A program made the translations under genes and the position numbers. A stretch of DNA of 45,555 nt from Oscillospiraceae bacterium (GTDB lineage Bacteria; Bacillota; Clostridia; Oscillospirales; Oscillospiraceae), in NCBI GenBank assembly GCA_045544935.1, contig JAZPZZ010000209.1:1-45555 (forward strand), read 5' to 3'. Positions within the stretch are counted from its first letter, which is position 1. The number at the start of each line of letters is the position of its first letter. Positions 35,224 to 43,675 of this stretch are shown here, piece after piece. The notes below the pieces were generated by a model. It had not been told where the DNA came from. It saw only the letters and a program-made list of their open reading frames with translations, and ran no database searches.

Positions 35224-38200
35224 ATGCAAAAACAGAAGCAAAATTCGCCGCAGGACGACCAATACGACATTTTCCTCTCCTACAGCCACCGCGATCACGC
35301 GGTGGTGCGTCGCGCGCAGCGCATAATGGAGCGCTGGATCCCCGTGGAGGAGGACGGAGAGAAGCGAAAGCTCCGCGTTTTCCGCGATGAATCGCATCTC
35401 ACGGCGGGCGATCTGTCCGAACGCATCCGCGAAGCGCTCGGCCGCAGCGAATATCTGATGGTGTTCTGCTCGCAGAGCGCGCTGGAGTCGGACTATGTGC
35501 ATCAGGAGCTGGCCGCCTTTCTCGACCTCTTTTCGCTCGACACGCCCGCGCAGCAAAGGACGGCCCTGGAGCACGTGTTCTTCGGCGTCTTTGAAAAGGA
35601 GCCGGACCGCAGCAAGGATCTCATACGCCGCCTGATCGCGAAGGCCATGCGCTCGAAGCTCTCCATGGAGCAGCTGGTCTCGCTGCAGAAGATCGCGAGC
35701 GAGAACGTCTTTGCCGATTACGGCAAGAGCGGCCGCTCCCGCGCGATGGAGCGAAAGGAGACCTACAAGGTCGTGGCCGCGATGCTGGACCGCGACCTCG
35801 ACGCGCTGCTGCGCCGCGGCGAGCACCGCCGCCGCCGGCTCGTCGCGAGCGCGGTCGGCGCGGGCGTGCTCATCGGTGTGCTGATGCCGGCGTTTATCCT
35901 CAGCTATACCGCCATGCGCGACCGGGACGCGAGGCAGCTCTCCCTCGTGGCCGAGGCGCAGATGCGCTCCGGCGACCGGCTCACGGCGGCAAGACTCGCC
36001 CTCGCGAGCATGGAGTCGAAGCTTTTCTACCGCACCACGGCGCCGGAGGCCGTCTCCGTGCTGGCAGACACGTCGCTGGCCTACACCCTGCCCTCCGAGA
36101 CGCACATCGAGACCTCGGAGCAGTTTTCCATCCGCTATGACAAGAGCCTCAGCGCGGACGTCTCGCCCTCGGGGCGGTATCTCGCCGCGGTCAACGAAAA
36201 GCTGGACGTCGTCGTCTGGGACGTGCAGACCGGGCAGGAAAAGTGGTCGATCAGATTCGTTCTGGACCCGCTCTGCAATCCGGTGCTGCGCTTCATCGGG
36301 GACGACATGCTCCTCGTGAGCGATTTCTTCAGCGCCCGCTGCATTGATATGGACACGGAAGAGGAGCTCTGGGCGCAGGAATATGAAAAGCCGGAATCGG
36401 TCTTTCGGATCACCTATGCCGCGGGCGGCAATTCGAGCATGCTGTACAACGAGGAGTTCGACGGCGCGGCGAACTTCGCCGCCGGAAAGCCCGACGAGGT
36501 GCTCTTTGTCGAGCGAAAGGGCGGTCTGGTGCTGCGCAACGTGCGCTCCGGCGAGGAGCTCGCGCGGCTGGAGGCGGACAAGATCGCGCCGCTGCTGCCG
36601 GAGGGCGTGCAGTATTATGAGCAGAATGCGATCTACGTCCTGTCGATGCTCGCCCAGTCGCAGTCGCCGGATGAAATTTACTATGACGCGTCGTCCGATC
36701 AGTTTTATGTGCCCTGCAGTGCCAAGCGAAACGTCACGTCGCGGGGCGACTCTTTCAGCATTGATGAGGTCTGCCCCGGCGTTCTGGTCTGGAGCCCGTC
36801 GACGGGTGCTGCGAAGTATGTGCCGCTCGACAACGCGGTCTATGACGAGGACTGGGCCGAGGGCGGCATGGAGGCGATCGCCTATCCCGGCGGGGAGCTG
36901 ATTCTCAAGCGCCTGAGCGGGCGCGAGGGAGACCGCATCTGCGCCTTCGACTGTGAGACCGGCTCTGTTCTCTGGAAGGCGGAGCTCAACGCCGTGGACG
37001 ACTATATCCCCTTTGAACACACCGTCTGCGGCACCGAGCAGGGCATCGCCGTGCTGCAGAAGGACAGCCTGCTGTTTCTCGATGCGAAGGACGGCAGCGT
37101 GAAAAAGACCGTGAAGCCGGAGCTGGATTACAATGAAGAACTGCTCGTCCTGCTGCTGGAGGGGCAGAGCGCGGCGCGCGGCACATCTGTTGAGAGCAAT
37201 TCGCTGCTGCTGCTCACCTCCAGGGGCCGCATCTGCGCCCTCGGCGCCGACGGCGTCACTGTGGGCGCGGCCGGACAGGCCGTGAGTACCGACAAGCTGC
37301 GCTATCCGCTCTATGTCTCCGGCGCGCACGCCTTCGACGGCCGGACCTACGTCTACAGCCAGACGGACAACGCCGTGCAGCAGTATCTCATCGGCGTGGA
37401 GAACGAGGGCTGGCGCGATCTGACGCAGATGCTGCAGGAGACCGCGCGCAGCCGGCATCTGCTCTCCGGCGAGCGGCTGCTGGTGAAGAACACGTCCGAC
37501 GCGTGGACGCTCTATGACGTTTCGTCGGCGGCAAAGAAGCTCTGGACCGTTACGCCCGAGGACATGGAGCGCGAGCGCGCGAAACGCTATGAGGGCGACT
37601 CCCTGCTCGAGCGCTTCCAGGACCTTGAGTTCGTGGGCGAGGACGCGTCCGAGGGCGTCATCGTGCTCTCAACCGAGGAGCTCTACGGTTTCGTTCTGCT
37701 CGATACCGAAACCGGCGGGATCGAGCTGCGGGAGGTCCCCTTCGGCGAGCCGGGGAGCGAATCGGCCCACAGCGCGGACAAAACGCGGCTCTGGAGCCCC
37801 GTGCTGACGGAGGACGGCTTGTTCTACGTCACCTGTGTCCAGCGCGGGGAGAAGATGGAATACGGCTGGATCCAGTATCAGCTCTCCGACACCGGTTATT
37901 TCTATCATCCGGTCGGCACCGCCGAGGGCGCGAGCTCCATGACCGAGCTGGGCCTTGTCGTTTCGCCCACCGGAAAGTTTGTCGTGGTGGTCGGGTTCTA
38001 TGAGGGACCGGTGCTCTACTCCACGGCGGAGACGTACGGCAAGCCGGTGAATTTCGATCTCCCCATCGAGGACGGCGACTATGAATATGGCTCCATGCTG
38101 ACCAACCTGTTCTTCCAGAAGGGCGAAAACGCCGCCGTTTGTGCCTTTTCGGCCGACGGCCGGCGCTTTGCCGTGAACTTCGCCTCCATGGGGCAGGTCC

Positions 38201-38658
38201 GCGTCTATGATCTCACGGGCGCGGAGAAGGGCAAGTGGTCGTATTTCAACGAGACAATCACGGACATGCGCTTTGTGGGCAAGAAGCTCCTCGTGCTCAC
38301 GGCGGACGGCCGCGTGGAGGAGATTCGTGTCGGCAGCGGCAGGACCCTGCGCGAGGCGCAGCTCTATGAGAGCAAAAACGGGGCCTATCACTTCGCCGGC
38401 GGGACGGATGACGGTCTCTGGGTGCTGGACGCCTACGGTAAAAACGCCTTCTGTCTTGATACGGACAAGCTCGCCTGCGCGCAGACGCTGCGCGGGGCGT
38501 GGGCGCTCGATCTCGAGCACGGCCGGGCGTATCTCAGCGACGACGTGCTCACCGGCAGTCTCCCGCTGCGCAGTGCACGAGAGATCATCGCCCTCGGGCG
38601 GCAGGCCGCGGGCAACACGCCGCTCTCCGACGAGGTCCGCCGCCGCTTCGGCGCGTAA
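35224..38658 (+). CDS. TIR-domain / TM helix / WD40-like beta-propeller protein (1144 aa)
   Basis: ATG 35224 behind GGGAGGGAG. YDIFLSYSHRD ... LMVFCSQSALESDYVHQEL (TIR; Glu95 codon 35506-35508). RRRR-LVASAVGAGVLIGVLMPAFILSYTA (residues ~206-229). Then WD40-like units such as LSADVSPSGRYLAAVNEKLDVVVWDVQTG and FSADGRRFAVNFASMGQVRVYDL. Confidence 0.85.
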   Translation: MQKQKQNSPQDDQYDIFLSYSHRDHAVVRRAQRIMERWIPVEEDGEKRKLRVFRDESHLTAGDLSERIREALGRSEYLMVFCSQSALESDYVHQELAAFLDLFSLDTPAQQRTALEHVFFGVFEKEPDRSKDLIRRLIAKAMRSKLSMEQLVSLQKIASENVFADYGKSGRSRAMERKETYKVVAAMLDRDLDALLRRGEHRRRRLVASAVGAGVLIGVLMPAFILSYTAMRDRDARQLSLVAEAQMRSGDRLTAARLALASMESKLFYRTTAPEAVSVLADTSLAYTLPSETHIETSEQFSIRYDKSLSADVSPSGRYLAAVNEKLDVVVWDVQTGQEKWSIRFVLDPLCNPVLRFIGDDMLLVSDFFSARCIDMDTEEELWAQEYEKPESVFRITYAAGGNSSMLYNEEFDGAANFAAGKPDEVLFVERKGGLVLRNVRSGEELARLEADKIAPLLPEGVQYYEQNAIYVLSMLAQSQSPDEIYYDASSDQFYVPCSAKRNVTSRGDSFSIDEVCPGVLVWSPSTGAAKYVPLDNAVYDEDWAEGGMEAIAYPGGELILKRLSGREGDRICAFDCETGSVLWKAELNAVDDYIPFEHTVCGTEQGIAVLQKDSLLFLDAKDGSVKKTVKPELDYNEELLVLLLEGQSAARGTSVESNSLLLLTSRGRICALGADGVTVGAAGQAVSTDKLRYPLYVSGAHAFDGRTYVYSQTDNAVQQYLIGVENEGWRDLTQMLQETARSRHLLSGERLLVKNTSDAWTLYDVSSAAKKLWTVTPEDMERERAKRYEGDSLLERFQDLEFVGEDASEGVIVLSTEELYGFVLLDTETGGIELREVPFGEPGSESAHSADKTRLWSPVLTEDGLFYVTCVQRGEKMEYGWIQYQLSDTGYFYHPVGTAEGASSMTELGLVVSPTGKFVVVVGFYEGPVLYSTAETYGKPVNFDLPIEDGDYEYGSMLTNLFFQKGENAAVCAFSADGRRFAVNFASMGQVRVYDLTGAEKGKWSYFNETITDMRFVGKKLLVLTADGRVEEIRVGSGRTLREAQLYESKNGAYHFAGGTDDGLWVLDAYGKNAFCLDTDKLACAQTLRGAWALDLEHGRAYLSDDVLTGSLPLRSAREIIALGRQAAGNTPLSDEVRRRFGA

Positions 38659-38674
38659 GATTTTGCGCGGACGG

Positions 38675-38703
38675 TAGACAAGACGCGGCAGATTGTATAT
38701 AAT
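38675..38703 (+). promoter_or_regulatory. Promoter of the GT39 gene
   Basis: TAGACA (38675-38680), 17 nt spacer, TATAAT (38698-38703). Confidence 0.5.
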
Positions 38704-38749
38704 AATCTGTTGTATTCTGACCACTGCGCAAAGAAAGGGAAGCGGTTCC

Positions 38750-40582
38750 TTGAATCCTTTGACTTATCTGTTCCCGGCGCTCGCAGCTACGTTTGCGGTG
38801 CTGTTTTTCCTCTTCGGCCTGATCGGAGATAATTTTGAGACGCCGAGCGTCAAATCCCGGCGCGGCAAGGCGCCGGCGCCCGCCTCGGTGGCCAAGCGCA
38901 CCGGAAAGCCGTGGGGCATCGTGCTGCTCACGGCGGTGTATGCCCTCGTCGCGTTCTGGAATCTCGGCGACACGGCGTCGCCCGAGACCTACTGCGCGCT
39001 GCCGAACGGCGGCCGCGTGGAGATTCACTTCGCGCAGGAGGTGGACCTCGGCCGGGTGTTCTATTTCGCCGGGCTCAACACGGGCGAGGCGGATCTCGCC
39101 GTCGTGCAGGGCGGCGCGGAGGTCGCCGCCGGCACGCTGCCGCACGCCTATCGCGACGTGTTCAAGTGGCGCGACGCCGAGCTCATCGAGGACGCGGACC
39201 TCACGACGGACACGCTCGTGCTCTATCCCCGCGCCGACGGCGAGGAGGACATTGAGATCGGCGAGATGGCGTTTTTCGATGCGAGCGGCTACCGCGTCGA
39301 CCCCTCGGACATTTCCGTGTCGAAGGGCGCGGAGGCCCTCTGCGACGAGCCGATGGCCGTGCCCGAGGCGTCCACATGGCGCAACAGCACGTATTTCGAC
39401 GAGATCTACCATGTGCGCACCGCGCTGGAGCATCTGCGCGCGATCACGCCCTATGAGGTCTCGCATCCGCCGCTCGGCAAGCTCATCATCGCCCTCGGGC
39501 TTACGATCTTCGGCGTCAATCCCTTCGGCTGGCGCTTCATGGGCGTGCTCTTCGGCGTGCTGATGCTGCCGGTGCTCTGGCAGCTGATCCGAAAGCTCTT
39601 CGGGGATGACCGCATTGCCCTCTGCGGCACGGCGATCTTCGCCTTTGACTTCATGCACTTTGCGCAGACGCGCATCGCCACGATCGACACCTACGGCGTG
39701 TTTTTCATCTTGCTCATGTATCTCTTCTTCTGGAGCTGGTATGAACACGACCGCTGGCGCGATCTCGCCCTCGCGGGGGTCTTCTTCGGCCTCGGCGCGG
39801 CGAGCAAGTGGACCTGCCTCTATGCCGGGGCCGGCCTCGGCGTGCTCTGGGTCATCGCGTGGCTGTTTCGCTTTCACGACGCGAAGGGCCAGTCGTGGCA
39901 GAAGCGATGCTTTGAGGATTTCGTGCTGAACGTGGGCTTCTGCGTCGTCTGGTTTGTGATGATACCCGCGCTGATCTACTATCTCAGCTACACGCCCTAC
40001 GGGCTGGCCAAGGGCCTCACCGCGCCGGGCATGTATTTTACGAAGGACTATCTCAAGACGGTTCTGGACAATCAGTCCTTCATGTTCACGTATCACGCCG
40101 GGCTCATCGCCGAGCACCCCTATTCCTCGAGCTGGTGGCAGTGGCTGTTCGATATCCGCCCGATCCTCTACTATCTCGAGTACGGCGACGGAACCGTCGC
40201 CTCCATCGGCGCGTTTACGAATCCGCTGCTCAGCTGGGCGGGGCTGGTGAGCGTCGTGTATCTGATCGTGCGCGCGATCGCAAAGCGTGACCGCCGCGCG
40301 GTGTTCATCGTCGTCGGCTATCTCGCGCAGCTCGTGCCGTGGATGCTCGTTTCGCGCCTCACCTTCGCGTATCACTATTTCGCGGCGGTGGTCTTCCTCG
40401 TCCTCGCGCTCTGCGCCGTGTTCGACGATATGCGCGCGAAGGGTCATATCCGCTGGATGTACGCCTTCACCGGCGTCTGTCTCGCGCTCTTCGCGGCGTT
40501 CTACCCGGTGCTCACCGGCGTTGAGGTTTCGAGAAATTACAGTTGGAAAGCGCTCAAATGGTTCCCAAGCTGGCCATTTTAA
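38750..40582 (+). CDS. GT39/PMT-family phospholipid-carrier-dependent glycosyltransferase (protein O-mannosyltransferase-like)
   Basis: Polytopic. STYFDEIYHVRTA (loop-1 DE motif). No ATG near the 5' end, so the start is tentatively TTG 38750 behind GGGAAG (maximal ORF from TTG 38693). Confidence 0.75.
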   Translation: MNPLTYLFPALAATFAVLFFLFGLIGDNFETPSVKSRRGKAPAPASVAKRTGKPWGIVLLTAVYALVAFWNLGDTASPETYCALPNGGRVEIHFAQEVDLGRVFYFAGLNTGEADLAVVQGGAEVAAGTLPHAYRDVFKWRDAELIEDADLTTDTLVLYPRADGEEDIEIGEMAFFDASGYRVDPSDISVSKGAEALCDEPMAVPEASTWRNSTYFDEIYHVRTALEHLRAITPYEVSHPPLGKLIIALGLTIFGVNPFGWRFMGVLFGVLMLPVLWQLIRKLFGDDRIALCGTAIFAFDFMHFAQTRIATIDTYGVFFILLMYLFFWSWYEHDRWRDLALAGVFFGLGAASKWTCLYAGAGLGVLWVIAWLFRFHDAKGQSWQKRCFEDFVLNVGFCVVWFVMIPALIYYLSYTPYGLAKGLTAPGMYFTKDYLKTVLDNQSFMFTYHAGLIAEHPYSSSWWQWLFDIRPILYYLEYGDGTVASIGAFTNPLLSWAGLVSVVYLIVRAIAKRDRRAVFIVVGYLAQLVPWMLVSRLTFAYHYFAAVVFLVLALCAVFDDMRAKGHIRWMYAFTGVCLALFAAFYPVLTGVEVSRNYSWKALKWFPSWPF

Positions 40583-40605
40583 TTTCGCAGAAAAGCCGCG
40601 AGCGG

Positions 40606-40770
40606 CTTTCCCGCGAGGGGGCTGCGCTGCGAAAGAAATTTTTGGTCGCAAGTGCGACTTGCGAAAAGAAAAATTCCTTTCTCCGCGAGCAGTATTTTTC
40701 AGCCCGAAACAAGTTCCGGGCGAAAAATGATTTGAATGATTCGCGCTTGCGAGCGCGAACTCTGCCGAGA
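40606..40770 (+). repeat. Copy 1 of a ~165-nt structured direct repeat (downstream of GT39, upstream of rpiB)
   Basis: 40617-40733 is nearly identical to 41277-41393 (offset exactly 660 nt). Internal long hairpin gaaagaaattttt...aaaaattcctttc. Confidence 0.85.
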
Positions 40771-40806
40771 GCAGAAGTTCTATTTTGGAAAGGATAGGAA
40801 TTAACT

Positions 40807-41256
40807 ATGATTGCAATCGGTTCCGATCACGGGGGCTTTGCCCTGAAGCAGGAGATCATGAAGCATCTGGATCAGCGGGGTCTGGAATACAAGGACTTCG
40901 GCACCTACACGGCCGACAGCTGCGACTATCCGCAGTACGGCGCCGCCGTGGGCAGAGCCGTCGCCTCGGGCGAGTGCGAGCGCGGCATCCTCATCTGCGG
41001 CACCGGCATCGGCATCTCCATCTCCGCCAACAAGATTCACGGCGTGCGTGCCGCGCTCTGCGGCGACTGCTTTTCCGCCGAGATGACCCGCCGCCACAAC
41101 GACGCCAACATCGTCGCCCTCGGCGCGCGCGTCGTCGGCCCCGGTCTCGCGCTCAAGATCGTCGATACCTTCCTCGATACCCCGTTCGAGGGCGGAAGAC
41201 ATGCCAGACGCGTCGAACAGATGATGGCGCTGGAATCTTCGCCGGAAACCCGCTGA
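40807..41256 (+). CDS. rpiB: Ribose-5-phosphate isomerase B
   Basis: 149 aa. MIAIGSDHGGFALK ... ICGTGIGISISANK ... RHNDANIVALGARV. Confidence 0.92.
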   Translation: MIAIGSDHGGFALKQEIMKHLDQRGLEYKDFGTYTADSCDYPQYGAAVGRAVASGECERGILICGTGIGISISANKIHGVRAALCGDCFSAEMTRRHNDANIVALGARVVGPGLALKIVDTFLDTPFEGGRHARRVEQMMALESSPETR

Positions 41257-41262
41257 CGCTGG

Positions 41263-41430
41263 GCTTCCCGGCGAGGGGGGGCTGCGCTGCGAAAGAAATT
41301 TTTGGTCGCAAGTGCGACTTGCGAAACGAAAAATTTCTTTCTCCGCGAGCAGTATTTTTCAGCCCGAAACAAGTTCCGGGCGAAAAATGATTTCATTCTT
41401 TTCGCCTCTGCGGAGGCGAACTCTGGCGAG
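41263..41430 (+). repeat. Copy 2 of the ~165-nt structured direct repeat (downstream of rpiB)
   Basis: See copy 1. The terminal hairpin differs by paired substitutions (ttcgcctc/gaggcgaa versus ttcgcgc/gcgcgaa). Confidence 0.85.
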
Positions 41431-41468
41431 GCCGACTCATAACTATTCCTGATTTGAGGTAAATCTCT

Positions 41469-42569
41469 ATGGCATCTAACCACCCCGATGTTTACCGCGC
41501 CCGGCGGCGCGGGTGGGGAGGGTTCTGGCGCGCGGCGCTCACGGTGATCGGCATTCTGATCTTCCTTGCGCTGCTGCTGATCTACTCCTTCCACAAATAC
41601 ATCGTCTACGACAAGGAAGGCGTGCATGTGCTCTTTCCCATGTTCGGCGAGCGCGTCACGGCCGAGGACGCCGCGGCCCCGACGCCGACGGTGTATCCGG
41701 CCGAGCTCGTCTATGAGGAGCCGGACTATGCCTCCCTGATCTCCTCGGCGGGGCAGAATCTCGAGGCGCTGCGCGGCAAGTATCTCACGGCGGACTCCAT
41801 CACGTCCGAGACCCTCGCCGCCGCCGCACAGCAGGTGGCCGCCGCCAAGGGCAACGCGCTCGTGCTGCAGATGAAGCCGCCCTCCGGCCAGCTCGCGTGG
41901 AAATCGAGCGTCGCGCTCGCGGAGTCGTTCGAGGTCAACGGCGAGCGCGATCTCGCCGAGGCCATCCGCGATCTCAAGGCGGAGTATCACAATCTCCGCT
42001 TCGTCGCGGTCGTGAGCTGCTGCGTCGACTCCCTCATGGCCGACCGCTATGCCGCCATGGCGCTCAAGACCGCCGAAGGCAATGCCTACGCCGACGCCTC
42101 CGGCAACTGGGTCGACCCCTACAGCACGAACGTGCGCGAATATCTCGGCAGCCTCAGCCGCGAGCTCGCGGACATGGGCTTCGATGAGATCGCCTATTCC
42201 TATCTGCAGCTGCCGGACACGACGGCCGAGCTCGGCTTCTCCGCGCAGATGAGCACGACGCCCACGCCGCGCGACGCGGTCGTGAGTCTCGCGCAGTATC
42301 TGCGCACGGCAATCTCCGACCGCGGCGTGGAGCTCGACGTGATCCTCTCGTCCGACTCCGCCCTGCAGGGCCGCGGCGAGACGACCGGCCAGGATCTCAC
42401 GCTCATGGGCAAGATCTTCAGCCGCCTGTGCGCCTTCGGCGAGGGCGAAACGCTCACCGCTCTGCGCGAGAAGATCACGGCCGCGAACGAGTCGTTTGAC
42501 ATGGAAACACGGTTCGTGCCCTTCGTCCGAAACGCGCAGATCGAAGGCAGCTGGGTCATGACCGGCTGA
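41469..42569 (+). CDS. Membrane-anchored putative glycoside-hydrolase-like protein (DUF4015/GHL-type TIM barrel)
   Basis: N-terminal TM (AALTVIGILIFLALLLIY). GNWVDPYSTNVREYLGSLSRELADMGFDEIAYSYLQLP resembles the W.DPy...v..Y......E....GFDEIqfDY.RfP block. Confidence 0.6.
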   Translation: MASNHPDVYRARRRGWGGFWRAALTVIGILIFLALLLIYSFHKYIVYDKEGVHVLFPMFGERVTAEDAAAPTPTVYPAELVYEEPDYASLISSAGQNLEALRGKYLTADSITSETLAAAAQQVAAAKGNALVLQMKPPSGQLAWKSSVALAESFEVNGERDLAEAIRDLKAEYHNLRFVAVVSCCVDSLMADRYAAMALKTAEGNAYADASGNWVDPYSTNVREYLGSLSRELADMGFDEIAYSYLQLPDTTAELGFSAQMSTTPTPRDAVVSLAQYLRTAISDRGVELDVILSSDSALQGRGETTGQDLTLMGKIFSRLCAFGEGETLTALREKITAANESFDMETRFVPFVRNAQIEGSWVMTG

Positions 42570-42590
42570 TGCCGCCTTGCTCCCAAAATG

Positions 42591-42617
42591 AAAGGCGCCC
42601 CTTTTTGGGGCGCCTTT
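42591..42617. terminator. Bidirectional terminator between convergent genes
   Basis: aaaggcgcccc-ttttt-ggggcgccttt with T-runs on both strands. Confidence 0.85.
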
Positions 42618-42622
42618 GTATT

Positions 42623-43669
42623 TTACTTGTTCCCCGCCAGCTGCCATTTGATCGCGTAGAGCAGGAAGTCCACGTTCTCCTTCGGCGTGGCCCAGGAGGT
42701 GCAGAAGCGGATGACCGAGCGGTCGCCGTCCGCGGGGGCGATGAAGTCGAAGGCGAAGCCTGCGCGCAGCACCTCGACGACGCTGTTCGGCAGGATGGGG
42801 AAGATCTGGTTCGTGGGCGACTCCATATAGAGCTCCACGCCGAGCACCTTCAGGCCGGCGGCGAGGCGCTGGGCCATGCGGTTGGCGTGACGCGCCGTCT
42901 CGAGCCAGAGCTCGTCCCGAAACAGCGCCTCAAACTGCACGCCGAGCAGGCGGCCCTTGGCGAGCATGCCGCCGCGCTGCTTGATGACGTTGCGGACAAA
43001 GGGCTTGAGCGCGTCATTCACGATGATGAGCGCCTCGCCGAAGAGCAGGGCGTTTTTCGTCCCGCCGACGTAGAACGCGTCGCAGAGCCGGGCGAAGTCC
43101 TCGGGCTTTATGTCGTTGCCCTCCGCGGTGAGGGCCGCCGCCATGCGCGCCCCGTCGAGATAGAGCAGCAGGCCGAGTGCGCGGCAGGCGTCGTGCAGCG
43201 CCTGCAGCTCGGCGCGGGAGTAGATCGTGCCGAACTCGGTGGAGTCCGAGACGTAGACCATGCGCGGGAGGACCATGTGCTCCTCCACGCCGGTCTGATG
43301 CTCGGCCACGGCGCGGCGAATGAGATCGGGCGTGAGCTTGCCGTTTTCGCCCGGCATGATGAAGACCTTGTGGCCGGTCGCCTCGATGGCGCCGGTCTCG
43401 TGCACGGCCACGTGGCCGCTCTCGGCCGCGATGATCGCCTCCCACGGGCGGAGAAACGCCGCCGCGGCCACGAGGTTCGTCTGCGTCCCGCCGACGAGAA
43501 AGTGCACGTCGGCGTCCGGGCAGGCGAACACCTCGCGCAGGCGGTCCGCCGCCTTTTGGCAGTATTCGTCCTTCCCGTATCCCACGGTGGACTCGGTGTT
43601 CGTGCTCTGCAGGGCCTGCATCACGCGCGGATGCGCGCCCTCGGAATAGTCGTTGAGAAAATACAGCAT
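42623..43669 (-). CDS. PLP-dependent threonine aldolase / beta-eliminating lyase family protein
   Basis: 348 aa. MLYFLNDYSEGAHPRVMQAL ..., GGTKNALLFGEAL (PLP-Lys). Start lies 6 nt after the SLH gene stop. Confidence 0.8.
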   Translation of the reverse strand: MLYFLNDYSEGAHPRVMQALQSTNTESTVGYGKDEYCQKAADRLREVFACPDADVHFLVGGTQTNLVAAAAFLRPWEAIIAAESGHVAVHETGAIEATGHKVFIMPGENGKLTPDLIRRAVAEHQTGVEEHMVLPRMVYVSDSTEFGTIYSRAELQALHDACRALGLLLYLDGARMAAALTAEGNDIKPEDFARLCDAFYVGGTKNALLFGEALIIVNDALKPFVRNVIKQRGGMLAKGRLLGVQFEALFRDELWLETARHANRMAQRLAAGLKVLGVELYMESPTNQIFPILPNSVVEVLRAGFAFDFIAPADGDRSVIRFCTSWATPKENVDFLLYAIKWQLAGNK

Positions 43670-43675
43670 GGCGGA

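Noticed and set aside
40606-41430. Direct repeats flanking rpiB considered as ends of an IS element or composite transposon.
   Set aside because: The repeats are direct, not inverted. The only cargo is a housekeeping gene, and no transposase or integrase or target-site duplication is recognisable. They are kept as a structured-repeat finding instead.
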